The position numbers were made by a program, and so were the translations under genes. Positions 44,565-53,992 of a stretch of DNA of 64,000 nucleotides are shown piece after piece (positions within the stretch are counted from its first letter, which is position 1; each line of letters begins with the position of its first letter). Origin of the DNA: an uncultured Candidatus Saccharibacteria bacterium (GTDB lineage Bacteria; Patescibacteriota; Saccharimonadia; Saccharimonadales; JACDBH01). The DNA is taken from contig CAZXYN010000003.1 of NCBI GenBank assembly GCA_964644965.1, forward strand, positions 35,742-99,741. The letters run 5' to 3'. The notes beneath the pieces are model-generated. The model was not told the origin of the DNA, did not search any database, and saw nothing but the letters and a program-made list of their open reading frames with translations.

Positions 44565-45026
44565 ATGGCTCATAAATCCGCTATTGTATACATCCTAAAG
44601 GCGCTTATTCCTTACTCTAGGGAAAACTTGAATCTCGCGTTCAAGCCCAATAGATTCTTTGATGAGCTTGAACGTACTTCTGGTCAAAAGCGTAAAACAC
44701 TGCAAACCGCCTACTATCGAGCTCATAACGAAGGCTTAATCCAGAATCAAAACGTACTAACCCTTACTGGCTGGGAGAAGGTTCTGCCCTTCGTCGCCAA
44801 AACCTTACAGAAGGATGTCGTCCTGATGGTTATATTCGACATACCAGAGGATTCAGCCCCACTTAGGCGTGAATTGCGAGGCTTTCTGAGGCGTCTAGAT
44901 TTTATCCAAGAGCAGCAAAGTGTATGGGTAAGCAGCTTTGACTACACCAGGTATGTTGAGGAATATGTTAAAAATAAATCACTACAGAACTACGTCCAAG
45001 TATACGAAGCAGCTCGCATATGTTAA
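44565..45026 (+). CDS. PaaX-like / Cas2-fold-like putative regulator
   Basis: 153 aa. The C-terminal half VVLMVIFDIPEDSAPLRRELRGFLRRLDFIQEQQSVWVSSFD matches the 'FDIPE...R..LR..L..LGF..LQ.SVW' pattern of PaaX-C/Cas2-like ferredoxin folds. The N-terminal half is wHTH-like. TATAAT (44553-44558) lies 6 nt upstream of the ATG. Confidence 0.6.
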   Translation: MAHKSAIVYILKALIPYSRENLNLAFKPNRFFDELERTSGQKRKTLQTAYYRAHNEGLIQNQNVLTLTGWEKVLPFVAKTLQKDVVLMVIFDIPEDSAPLRRELRGFLRRLDFIQEQQSVWVSSFDYTRYVEEYVKNKSLQNYVQVYEAARIC

Positions 45027-45068
45027 TCTCTACAAAAGTTGTCCGGCCGGACCATATTTGTAGAGATT
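45025..45068. repeat. Perfect-armed 44-bp palindrome filling the gap between two convergent stop codons; degenerate second copy at 44524-44564
   Basis: aatctctacaaa-agtt-gtccggccggac-cata-tttgtagagatt. The upstream copy reads aatctctacaaa-aatg-gtccggccggac-gtataatgtagat. Confidence 0.85.
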
Positions 45069-45338
45069 TTATTGTTGGGCGTAATAAGCAAGGTCGTTCA
45101 TGAGCGGCAACCTCTCGATCCCAGACCACATCTGCTGCATCTGTCCGTCATCCTTGAGAGCGATAACGGCCGGGTATTCCATAACACCATAAAGTCGTGC
45201 CATTTCAGAACCAGCAGCACTATCAAGATCGTGTATCTCCATTTGTCGGCCTGGATGAAACCGCTCAAAATCAGCAATGTATTCCTCTGCTCGTCGAGCA
45301 TACTCAGAATTTGGTCGGTACAAAATTGCAATTCTCAT
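45069..45338 (-). CDS. Small thioredoxin-fold-like hypothetical protein (no CxxC)
   Basis: 89 aa, MRIAILYRPNSEYARRAEEYIADFERFHP...EYPAVIALKDDG. The fold assignment is tentative. Confidence 0.45.
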   Translation of the reverse strand: MRIAILYRPNSEYARRAEEYIADFERFHPGRQMEIHDLDSAAGSEMARLYGVMEYPAVIALKDDGQMQQMWSGIERLPLMNDLAYYAQQ

Positions 45339-45540
45339 AGTGCTTATGATATCTGTTTCACTCGACTCAGTCCAGCATGATTGATGTATCTAAATATTCA
45401 GATGTATCAATGTTTAATAACTGGGATCACAAATGAATCATAATCAAATGATGATTGACTGCTGAGCTGGGTTAAAAAATAGAAATGAAGTAAAAGAAAC
45501 ACCGCATATGTTGCTAAACCAAAATCTGAAGATAAGATAC

Positions 45541-45575
45541 GATAAAGAAATGAGGCTCACTTGCGAGCCTCATTT
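45541..45575 (-). terminator. Second intrinsic terminator downstream of nrdJ
   Basis: A perfect 11-bp stem pairs aaatgaggctc (45548-45558) with gagcctcattt (45565-45575). On the minus strand it is followed by CTTTATC. Confidence 0.6.
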
Positions 45576-45671
45576 ATAAAGATGTACCGATAGATAAACT
45601 GTTTGGCTTGGATCTTTGCTGGGATATGGCTTAAGGGTAAAATTTGTAGATGATATGCGCGGAAGAAGCGA

Positions 45672-45708
45672 GAAACGAAAAGAGGCTGTATTTTAATACC
45701 GCCTCTTT
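45672..45708 (-). terminator. Intrinsic terminator directly after nrdJ
   Basis: Minus strand reads AAAGAGGC-g-GTAT-taaa-ATAC-a-GCCTCTTT followed by TCGTTTCT. Confidence 0.65.
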
Positions 45709-45753
45709 CATATCACAGCTTCTGACAAAGCAGATCGCTACAAACTTCTACCC

Positions 45754-48519
45754 TTAAGAGCAGCCGGTGGTACTACCGCAGCTGGCACAGACATAGCAGC
45801 TACCTGCCTTTTGCGTCTGGTTGCCACAGTTGTAGCACATCGGTGCTGCCGGGTCAGCTACAGATTCTGTTGTCTTCTCTGCAACCACTACAGGAGCTTT
45901 GACTTCCTGTTGCACTGGTTGTTTCTGAGAAACAGGCTCTGGTGCAATTTGAGCATCGGCACCGAGCAAGCTTGTCTGCTCAGTCGGCATATCATCAATA
46001 CTTGCAAGACCAAGCTCCAATCGATCATCGAATGATAGATACGAAAGCGCCAAACGACGTGCAATGTAGTCTACCAGTGAGCTAGCTGTTCGGATCTCTG
46101 GGTCATCAGTGATACCAGATGGTGCGAAGCTGGTGCTGGTAAATGATTTGACGTAGCTCTTTAGTGGCACACCGTACTGAAGTCCGTGGCTCATGCTGAT
46201 TGCAAAGGCGTCCATGACTCCCCTAAGTGTTGAGCCTTGCTTAGCGATATTCACGAAAATTTCACCAGGTGTTCCGTCCTCGTATTCACCGACAGTGATG
46301 TAGCCGTGGGTACCAGCAACGCTGAATGAGAATGTCTTGGAGTTGCGAACTTTTGGTAGATCGCGGTGGACTGCACCTCGGACAATAATCTTGTCGTTGA
46401 GGCTTTCGACTGTGTCTGCAACTTCTTTGGTGTCGCCTTCCTTTTTGAGCATAGAAAGCGGCTGAGCTACCTTACAGTTGTCTCGGTAAATCGCAACTGC
46501 CTTGAGACCTAGTTTCCATGAATCAATGTGAAGCTGCTCGACGTCTTCGACAGTAACATCTTCTGGCATGTTGACGGTTTTGGAGATAGCACCTGATAGG
46601 AACGGCTGTACGGCACCCATCATTCTTACGTGACCAGAGTAGTGAATCGCGTTGTCGCCCATTGAGCAAGAAAATACTGCTTTGTGCTCGTCTTTTAGGT
46701 GAGGAGCGTCAGTGATTGTCTTCTCTGTGTCGATGTATTTGATGATGTCGTCAGACTGCTTCTTGGTGTAACCTAGGTTCTTGAGCGCCCGCGGGATTGT
46801 CTGGTTTACGATGGTCATATTGCCACCACCAACCAACTTCTTGAACTTCACAAGTCCTAGGTCGGGTTCGATACCGGTGGTGTCACAGTCCATCATGAAA
46901 CCAATTGTTCCTGTTGGGGCAAGTACAGAGGCCTGAGCATTACGAATACCATAGAGCTCACCTAGTTCAACTGCATCGTCCCAAGCGCTGGCAGCAGCGC
47001 TGAGTAGTTCCTCTGGCACAAGACTAGCGTCTATGCCACCAACTGCTTCGCGGTGCATGCGTAGGACATTTAGCATACCGTCGCGGTCTTTGTGAAAGCC
47101 GGCAAACGGACCAACTTGTCGAGCGAGTCGAGCTGACGTAGCGTAGGCGTGACCTGTCATGAGTGCAGTGATGGCTGCAGCCTTGGCGCGGCCTTCGTCA
47201 CTATCGTATGGCAAACCTTGTGCCATAAGCATTGCGCCGAGGTTGGCATAACCAAGTCCAAGCTGGCGGAAAGCACGAGTGTTCTTGGCAATCTTTTCGG
47301 TTGGGTATTCTGAGTAACCAACTAGGATTTCCTGAGCTGTAAACACAACTTCTACGGTGTGCTTGAAGGCTTCGATATCAAAGACATCGTCGTCGTTCAG
47401 GAATTTGAGCAAATTGATACTTGCCAGATTACAAGCTGAGTTGTCGATGTGCATGTACTCTGAGCAAGGGTTCGAACCATTGATTCGACCAGCTACTGGA
47501 GTAGTGTGCCAGCGGTTGATAGTAGTATCAAATTGCATGCCTGGATCTGCACATTCCCATGCGGCTTCTGAAATTTGGCGGAAGATATCACGAGCTTTGA
47601 CCGTTCTTATCGTCTTGCCGTTTGTGACAGCCGTAAGATTCCAATCCTTGTCGTCCTCTACTGCCTGCATGAATTCATCTGTTACGCGTACAGAGTTGTT
47701 AGCGTTCTGATACTGGACGCTAAAGCTGTCTTTGCCATCTAGATCCATATCAAAACCAGCCTGTTGCAATACTCGAGCCTTGCGCTCTTCGATTGCCTTG
47801 GCCCAAATAAACTCTTCGACGTCTGGATGTTGCACGTTCAAGATAACCATCTTGGCTGCACGGCGTGTCTTACCACCGCTCTTGATAGCACCAGCTGATG
47901 CATCGGCACCACGCATGAAGCTTAAGGGTCCACTGGCCGTACCAGCGCTCTTGCCAAGCTTTTCTTGTGATGAACGAATAGCGCTGATGTTAAGACCAGA
48001 ACCCGATCCACCCTTGAAAATCATGCCTTCTTCTTTGTACCAGTTTAGGATTGACGGCATGGTGTCGTCTACTGCCAGAATGAAACAGGCGCTTGCCTGT
48101 TGGGTGCGCTCACTAGCGCCAATGTTGAACCAGACAGGTGAGTTAAACGCAGCTCGTTGCGTTACTAATATCGCCTTTAGTTCTTGGCGGAAATCCTCTG
48201 CCTCTGTATCTGATTCGAAATAACCATCTTGTTGACCCTGGCGTGTGATTGTATCAGCCACACGATCTACTAAGTGTCTTAGTGATGATTCGCGGTCTTT
48301 TGTACCCGGAGTACCTGCAAAGTACTTCTGGGCAACGATGTTGATCGCGTTTAGTGACCAGCCGGCTGGAAATTCCACGCCGCGCTGCTCAAAGACAGGT
48401 TTGTTGGTCATCGGATTATTGATAATGGAATCCGTCTTCACCCATTCAACCTGATCGTATGCTTTTGTTTTCGGCTTTGTAAAGTATCTCTTTACGCCGA
48501 GACCTGTTGCTTGTGCCAT
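45754..48519 (-). CDS. nrdJ: Adenosylcobalamin-dependent ribonucleotide reductase, class II, with C-terminal Cys-rich zinc-finger tail
   Basis: 921 aa. Active-site context NPCSEYMHIDNSACNLASINL. C-terminus CYNCGNQTQKAGSCYVCASCGSTTGCS. Confidence 0.93.
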   Translation of the reverse strand: MAQATGLGVKRYFTKPKTKAYDQVEWVKTDSIINNPMTNKPVFEQRGVEFPAGWSLNAINIVAQKYFAGTPGTKDRESSLRHLVDRVADTITRQGQQDGYFESDTEAEDFRQELKAILVTQRAAFNSPVWFNIGASERTQQASACFILAVDDTMPSILNWYKEEGMIFKGGSGSGLNISAIRSSQEKLGKSAGTASGPLSFMRGADASAGAIKSGGKTRRAAKMVILNVQHPDVEEFIWAKAIEERKARVLQQAGFDMDLDGKDSFSVQYQNANNSVRVTDEFMQAVEDDKDWNLTAVTNGKTIRTVKARDIFRQISEAAWECADPGMQFDTTINRWHTTPVAGRINGSNPCSEYMHIDNSACNLASINLLKFLNDDDVFDIEAFKHTVEVVFTAQEILVGYSEYPTEKIAKNTRAFRQLGLGYANLGAMLMAQGLPYDSDEGRAKAAAITALMTGHAYATSARLARQVGPFAGFHKDRDGMLNVLRMHREAVGGIDASLVPEELLSAAASAWDDAVELGELYGIRNAQASVLAPTGTIGFMMDCDTTGIEPDLGLVKFKKLVGGGNMTIVNQTIPRALKNLGYTKKQSDDIIKYIDTEKTITDAPHLKDEHKAVFSCSMGDNAIHYSGHVRMMGAVQPFLSGAISKTVNMPEDVTVEDVEQLHIDSWKLGLKAVAIYRDNCKVAQPLSMLKKEGDTKEVADTVESLNDKIIVRGAVHRDLPKVRNSKTFSFSVAGTHGYITVGEYEDGTPGEIFVNIAKQGSTLRGVMDAFAISMSHGLQYGVPLKSYVKSFTSTSFAPSGITDDPEIRTASSLVDYIARRLALSYLSFDDRLELGLASIDDMPTEQTSLLGADAQIAPEPVSQKQPVQQEVKAPVVVAEKTTESVADPAAPMCYNCGNQTQKAGSCYVCASCGSTTGCS

Positions 48520-48772
48520 AATTTTGTACCCTCACTCCCATTTGTTTGCTACCCCTTAGCAAACACCTAACTTATTTTTTATTGTTTGTTCGAGTCCCCC
48601 GCTTCATTGCCTTGCTCGCAAGTTGCTCCTGCCGTCTCTTAATCAGCAGTTGCACAAAGAAGTCAGCGGACAGCTCTCCTCGGTATTCATATCCTAACAT
48701 AAATCCCAGGGACAACCGTCAAATTTTTTCGTAGTACCTGTACCAAGAACCTGATCCAGATACTACGAAAGA

Positions 48773-49243
48773 TTACTTGATGGGTTCTGTACGCAAATTT
48801 TTTATTTGCGACAATTCTTTCTCGAAACCGGCGATGTCTTTGAACCGCCTATATACACTTGCGAACCGCACATAGGCTACCTCATTTACAAGAGCGAGCT
48901 CATCCATGACGAGCTGACCGATCTTGTTTGAAGGTACCTCTGAATCACCACACTCGTAGAGTTTGTCCTCTACTCTGTCTGCCACTTGTTCGACGTCGAC
49001 CCTACTAACCACGGTCTTCTCACAGGCCCTATATAGACCAGCCAGAAGCTTCTCGCGGTTAAACAGTTCTTGAGCCCCATTGTTCTTAATGACAATCAGT
49101 TGCGGGCGCTCAAGTCTCTCATATGTAGTAAATCGATGCTGACAAGCGGTACACTCGCGGCGACGGCGGATTGCCTTGCCTTCAGCTACGTCTCTGGATT
49201 CGATCACTTTCGTGTCGTCCACTGAGCATTGGCTGCACCTCAT
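48773..49243 (-). CDS. nrdR: Transcriptional repressor NrdR
   Basis: 156 aa. Zinc ribbon MRCSQCSVDDTKVIESR...CTACQHRFTTYE followed by an ATP-cone. Confidence 0.95.
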   Translation of the reverse strand: MRCSQCSVDDTKVIESRDVAEGKAIRRRRECTACQHRFTTYERLERPQLIVIKNNGAQELFNREKLLAGLYRACEKTVVSRVDVEQVADRVEDKLYECGDSEVPSNKIGQLVMDELALVNEVAYVRFASVYRRFKDIAGFEKELSQIKNLRTEPIK

Positions 49244-49329
49244 TCGTACCTCTTCTTTCGACGCACCCGTGCTTTCACGGGCTGCGTATTATTTTAGTTT
49301 TATAAATGTGCCAATCGCTTATCTGTTGA

Positions 49330-49379
49330 ATACTAGATATAGCGTATTTACTACTGATGATAACGCTACTGCTAGCGTT
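49330..49379. promoter_or_regulatory. Two NrdR-box-like palindromes upstream of nrdR
   Basis: Box 1 at 49330-49345 (minus strand ACGCTATATCTAGTAT) matches 11 of 14 core positions of the CACTATATATAGTG-type NrdR box as I recall it. Box 2 at 49362-49379 (AACGCTActgcTAGCGTT) is a perfect 7-bp-arm palindrome. The centres are 33 bp apart. Confidence 0.4.
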
Positions 49380-49412
49380 TTGCAAGCGAACGAACGGTGT
49401 ATTATTTACACA

Positions 49413-50732
49413 TTATTTTTTGGTTTTTTGTTCGTCTTTTTCTTCGTCGTCATCTGATTTTTTGCGGCGCAGTCGGCGTAAAAATGATGGCTTTTCCAAA
49501 TCTTCGTCTTCGTTTTTGTTCATAGAACCAAAGAAACTCTCGGCTGCTTTGTCTACTGGCTTGTGGTCTTCAAGCTTATTGTCTTTGTCATCTTTTTCGG
49601 TTGTCCAGATTGCCTTAGACGGCTCTTCTTCGCGCTGGAATTCTTCTTTGATTTCATCACCCTCTTTTTTGTCTAGATCCATATTGATATCAGACATGGC
49701 CTTCTCGTTTGTCGATGTGACTGTCTTATCTACGCTCGATTGAGCCTCGGGCACTGTTTGGCTGCGGCTTGTGAAGTAAGCAGCATCAAATCCAGTAGCT
49801 ACCACAGTAATAATGAGTTCGCCTTGCAAGTCAGGGTCAATTGTTGCACCAAAGATAATGTTGGCGTCAGGATCGGCAGCGTTAGTGATTGTCTCGGCTG
49901 CAGCATTGATTTCGTGCATAGTCATGTCGCTTCCACCAATAACGTTGAACAGAATGCCCCGCGCACCATCTATAGAAACTTCTAATAGAGGCGACTCAAT
50001 AGCTTGTTGGGCGGCTTCGGTTGCACGGCTATCACCGCTAGCTCGGCCAATACCCATCAATGCTGAGCCGGCTGAGCTCATGACGGTCTTTACATCGGCA
50101 AAGTCGAGGTTGATAAGACCATTGACGGTAATTAGATCTGAGATGCCTTGTACGCCCTGACGTAGAACATCATCAGCCACCCTGAAAGCATCAAGCAGTG
50201 GTGTGCTGCGGTCAATCGTCTGAAGCAATCGGTCGTTTGGAATACTAATTAGTGTATCTACAGAGCCACGCAGCCCGTCAATAGCAATGTCGGCATTGCG
50301 ACGTCGCTTCACACCCTCAAAGGCAAATGGTTTGGTAGCGAAACCTACAACTAGCGCACCAGTTGCATTGGCGATTTCGGCCACAATCGGGCCAGCACCA
50401 CTACCCGTACCACCGCCAGCACCTAACGTTACGAAAATCATATCTGCGCCCTCTAGCGCTGCAGCGATTTCTTCACGGGACTCCTCAGCTGCTTTTTTAC
50501 CAACCATAGGATCAGCGCCAGCACCAAGACCGCGCGTCTCATCTTTGCCAATGTGAATCTTCACAGGTGCAAGCGAGTGATGAAGCGCCTGAGCATCTGT
50601 ATTTACGACAATAAAATCAACCCCGTGAACACCAGCCTCAATCATACGATTTATGGCTGCTCCACCTGCTCCACCAACCCCAACAACAATAATCCTGGCA
50701 AATGTTTCAATAGTAGGTGTAACTTGCGGCAT
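49413..50732 (-). CDS. ftsZ: Cell division GTPase FtsZ with long charged C-terminal linker
   Basis: 439 aa with the tubulin signature [10 protein letters not shown]. Confidence 0.97.
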   Translation of the reverse strand: MPQVTPTIETFARIIVVGVGGAGGAAINRMIEAGVHGVDFIVVNTDAQALHHSLAPVKIHIGKDETRGLGAGADPMVGKKAAEESREEIAAALEGADMIFVTLGAGGGTGSGAGPIVAEIANATGALVVGFATKPFAFEGVKRRRNADIAIDGLRGSVDTLISIPNDRLLQTIDRSTPLLDAFRVADDVLRQGVQGISDLITVNGLINLDFADVKTVMSSAGSALMGIGRASGDSRATEAAQQAIESPLLEVSIDGARGILFNVIGGSDMTMHEINAAAETITNAADPDANIIFGATIDPDLQGELIITVVATGFDAAYFTSRSQTVPEAQSSVDKTVTSTNEKAMSDINMDLDKKEGDEIKEEFQREEEPSKAIWTTEKDDKDNKLEDHKPVDKAAESFFGSMNKNEDEDLEKPSFLRRLRRKKSDDDEEKDEQKTKK

Positions 50733-50823
50733 ATACTAAACACTCCTTTTCTCTTGCCAGTATAGCCTAGGAATGGGTGTCTATCAACAACCTATGATCA
50801 AAAAATGTTATCAGACGTTTTTG

Positions 50824-52095
50824 CTACTTGCGGCCAAAGCGCTTGAAAGCACTTTTTGCCATAGAGCTGAGCCCACCGAGTGCACCCGCCCCTGTATCAC
50901 CTGAATCATTATGTTGTCCAAGCAACATATCTAGCCACACCAAACCGACTGCAGTTGTGTACGGTTCTTTAGCAAAAGCGTCGGTCAAACCACTAACGGG
51001 TAATAATTTTCCGGTTCGGGCTGGTAGTTCGAGTACTTCTTTTGCGAAGTCGGCAATACCAGGGAGGGCTGATACGCCACCAACCAGCACCACACCGCCC
51101 GGCAATTTCCGTGATTTGTGAATCCGCTTGAGTTCTTTATCTACGTATTCAAACAATTCCTCTGTCCTGGCTTCAAGAATCATATGGATATCTGATTGAT
51201 CAAACTCGTGATCGCGGCCATCATGACGCACTTTTACCATTCGGTGGGTTTTTGATGATTCTTTGAGTGTTCCTTGCTCTAATTTTGCTGCTTCTGCAAT
51301 GTCTAAGTCAGTTCTAAGCCCAATCGCTAGGTCGTTTGTCATATGGATTCCACCGATTGGTATTACCGCCACATGCTGGACTTCGCCGTCCTCAAAAACC
51401 ACCATATTGGTGGTACCGGCACCAATATCTAGCATGGCCGTTCCGGATTCCTTTTGCTGACGAGTTAGGACGGCTTCGGCAGCGGCAAGACTCGATACCG
51501 TATGATGCATCGGCTGTATTCGTGCTTTGTCTAGCGAACTATCTAGACTCTTAATCGCTGGTGTAGCTACTGTAATAATATGAGTATCGACTTCTAGCCG
51601 AACTCCGTGCATACCGACAGGGTCTTTGATACTCTCCTGTCCATCTAGCCGATAATTTTTGGCGAAAACTTGAATAATATCTCTGTTTGGTGGCAGCTGA
51701 ATAATCGTAGCTGCTTCTTCAGCGCGTTCGCGGTCTTCTATTCCAATCTCGCGATTAGCCGTGCTGATGGCAATCACACCGCGGGAGTTTACGCCGGCAA
51801 CATGAGAACCGTTGATATTTACGGTTGCAGAGCTAACCTTAACTCCAGACATTCGTTCTGCCTCTGACACTGCCTGCGCAATCGCTTGAGCGACATCATC
51901 AATATGAGATACGACACCTTTTCGCATACCGCTATTTGGTGCTGAGCCATAGCCAATAATTGACGGTGTTACCGTATCTTCGTCATCGAACATTCCAATA
52001 ACACAACGAACTGTGCTGGTACCAACATCGAGACCGACAAAGTGCGGAAAAGCAGAATCACGCATATCACGCAGTATAACGCTAGAGGTTACCAT
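50824..52095 (-). CDS. ftsA: Cell division protein FtsA
   Basis: 423 aa. Actin-fold phosphate motifs FVGLDVGTSTVRC and LDIGAGTTNMVVF. The start may be a downstream Met. Confidence 0.92.
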   Translation of the reverse strand: MVTSSVILRDMRDSAFPHFVGLDVGTSTVRCVIGMFDDEDTVTPSIIGYGSAPNSGMRKGVVSHIDDVAQAIAQAVSEAERMSGVKVSSATVNINGSHVAGVNSRGVIAISTANREIGIEDRERAEEAATIIQLPPNRDIIQVFAKNYRLDGQESIKDPVGMHGVRLEVDTHIITVATPAIKSLDSSLDKARIQPMHHTVSSLAAAEAVLTRQQKESGTAMLDIGAGTTNMVVFEDGEVQHVAVIPIGGIHMTNDLAIGLRTDLDIAEAAKLEQGTLKESSKTHRMVKVRHDGRDHEFDQSDIHMILEARTEELFEYVDKELKRIHKSRKLPGGVVLVGGVSALPGIADFAKEVLELPARTGKLLPVSGLTDAFAKEPYTTAVGLVWLDMLLGQHNDSGDTGAGALGGLSSMAKSAFKRFGRK

Positions 52096-52129
52096 CTAGC
52101 AACTACTTCTTATGTCCTATTAGTCAAAT

Positions 52130-52891
52130 CTAGAGTTCTGTCAGGATTTCGAAACCACGATCAGTAATTAGTATGGTGTTCTCAAAATGGGCAGCAAGCG
52201 AGCCATCTGCAGTTCTAATAGTCCATTCATCGTCGTCTACTGTCACCGCGTGTGTACCAAGTGTTGCCATCGGCTCAATTGCAATTGTCATACCGGCCTT
52301 AAGTACCGGGCCACTGCCTGCAAAGCCAAAGTTCGGAATATCAGGCTCTTCGTGTAGATTATGACCTACACCGTGCCCAACTAGGTCGCGAACAATTCCA
52401 TAATGGCCAGAAACTAGTTTCTTTTGAATAGCACTGGCAATGTCACCTACACGTACGCCGTCGCGCAAGGTTTCGATACCGGCATACATTGAAGCCTCAG
52501 TGTCTCGAATCAGCTTCTTGACCTGTTCTTTGGCATCATCTACTACGAAACTTCGTGCTGCATCGGTAACCATTCCGTCATAAATCACTCCAAAATCAAT
52601 ACTCACTAGATCACCGGAACGCAGTACAAGCTCCTTCCGCGGAATTCCATGAACAACCTCATCATTTACAGATATACAGATGACATCCGGAAACGGGGTC
52701 GCACCTTCGTAACCTAAGAAAGCTGGCTTGCCGCCGAGTCGTTTGAGTTCGTCTGCTGCGATATCGGCAAGCTCTTTTGTACTCATGCCGACCTGCGTGC
52801 TCTTCTGGACAATCTCCAGCACCGTCGCTAGCATTCTGCCAGATTCTCGCATAGCTTCTATTTCTGCATCTGTTTTTACTTGTGTGTACAT
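52130..52891 (-). CDS. map: Methionine aminopeptidase, type I
   Basis: 253 aa with the pita-bread fold metal-ligand pattern (VHGIP, D..D, HGVGH, E...E). Confidence 0.95.
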   Translation of the reverse strand: MYTQVKTDAEIEAMRESGRMLATVLEIVQKSTQVGMSTKELADIAADELKRLGGKPAFLGYEGATPFPDVICISVNDEVVHGIPRKELVLRSGDLVSIDFGVIYDGMVTDAARSFVVDDAKEQVKKLIRDTEASMYAGIETLRDGVRVGDIASAIQKKLVSGHYGIVRDLVGHGVGHNLHEEPDIPNFGFAGSGPVLKAGMTIAIEPMATLGTHAVTVDDDEWTIRTADGSLAAHFENTILITDRGFEILTEL

Positions 52892-52895
52892 AGTA

Positions 52896-53459
52896 TTAAA
52901 GCTGGGTTTTTTCTGTCACAAGATTGAGCGACTCAATTTCTGACTGTATACGGTCGTGGATTTGGCCGACTGTGCCGGTGCCATCAATGTGAGCAATCGG
53001 CACGTTCTGTTCTGTCAGGAAAGTAAGGATTGGGTAGATTTCCTGACGATAAATCTTGAGCCTTCTATTGATGACTTCTTCAGTATCGTCAACCCTGCCC
53101 CTAACCTTTAGGCGTTTTTCTAATTCTGTGCGCGGTACTTCGAGCACAATGGCAAGTTTGACTTCACGATGGTGTACACTTTCTTGATCCTGTAGCCATT
53201 TTGCCTGCTCTAGCATACGTGGGAACCCGTCCAGGATTACCCTGTCGATATCGTGCGCTCGAGCCAGTGATTCAGAAATAATCTGGTATGTTAACTCGGG
53301 GCTTACAAGCTTGCCGGAGCGCATCTGTTCCATAACTTCGGGGTCGCGTGAGTCACGAAGCAACTGTCCGGCGGATAACCAGCGCCACCCATGTCGTGCA
53401 GCTAATATTTGCCCCTGAACACTTTTACCTGCGCCGGCTGGACCAAAGAAAACGATCAT
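52896..53459 (-). CDS. adk: Adenylate kinase-family nucleoside monophosphate kinase (short LID)
   Basis: 187 aa. P-loop GPAGAGKS and LDGFPR. It sits in the usual adk-map position. Confidence 0.85.
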   Translation of the reverse strand: MIVFFGPAGAGKSVQGQILAARHGWRWLSAGQLLRDSRDPEVMEQMRSGKLVSPELTYQIISESLARAHDIDRVILDGFPRMLEQAKWLQDQESVHHREVKLAIVLEVPRTELEKRLKVRGRVDDTEEVINRRLKIYRQEIYPILTFLTEQNVPIAHIDGTGTVGQIHDRIQSEIESLNLVTEKTQL

Positions 53460-53463
53460 TCGA

Positions 53464-53913
53464 CTAGTTCAGTCTTTCCTTAACAAATCGGGCAATCATA
53501 CCACCGTCTGCATTGCCTGATGACTTTTGACGTACCAGACCGATAATCTGCCCCATTTTTTGTTTGTCATTTCCAAGTTCGGCAACTGCTTCATCGACAA
53601 GTACAACGACTTCTTCTTCTGTAAGTTGAGCCGGTAAGTACTTTTCTATGACTTTCTTCTCTGTGAGCTCGGCTTCTTGTTTTTCTGTATTGCCGCCCTG
53701 GCCGTACAAATCAGCACTTTCCTGTCGTTTTTTGGCTTCTTTTTGGAGTAGACTTATGAGCTTTTGTTCATCAATTCCTTCGTCGCGCCTTCCTTCGGCA
53801 ACCTCTGCATAGAGGATCGCGCTCTTGAGACCACGGAGCGTCGTAACGAGCACTTTGTCGCCCGCTAGCATAGCTTGTTTTAGGTCTTGGTCTATCTGTT
53901 GTTTCAAGTTCAT
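53464..53913 (-). CDS. GatB/YqeY-domain protein
   Basis: MNLKQQIDQDLKQAMLAGDKVLVTTLRGLKSAI... is the typical YqeY pattern. The start is taken at ATG 53913. Confidence 0.85.
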   Translation of the reverse strand: MNLKQQIDQDLKQAMLAGDKVLVTTLRGLKSAILYAEVAEGRRDEGIDEQKLISLLQKEAKKRQESADLYGQGGNTEKQEAELTEKKVIEKYLPAQLTEEEVVVLVDEAVAELGNDKQKMGQIIGLVRQKSSGNADGGMIARFVKERLN

Positions 53914-53943
53914 TTCGAACTTAGTGTAACAGAGATACCACAA

Positions 53944-53972
53944 AAGAGAAAACCCCTGTTTGGCAGGGGTTT
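53944..53972 (-). terminator. Intrinsic terminator after rpsU
   Basis: Minus strand reads AAACCCCTG-ccaaa-CAGGGGTTT followed by TCTCTTTT. Confidence 0.7.
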
Positions 53973-53992
53973 AGATAATCGATAAATTTTGG

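Noticed and set aside
48520-48772. Cobalamin riboswitch upstream of the B12-dependent nrdJ
   Set aside because: Some fragments look superficially similar (GAATACCGAGGAGAGCTG..., AGACGGCAGG). However, the B12 box (AGACCUGCC-type) and the conserved GCCACUG element are absent. A B12 OFF-switch on a B12-requiring enzyme would also make little regulatory sense.
49362-49379. The hairpin AACGCTA-ctgc-TAGCGTT as the ftsZ intrinsic terminator
   Set aside because: On the minus strand (the ftsZ direction) it is followed by ATCATC, not a U-tract. It is kept instead as a possible NrdR box, with low confidence.
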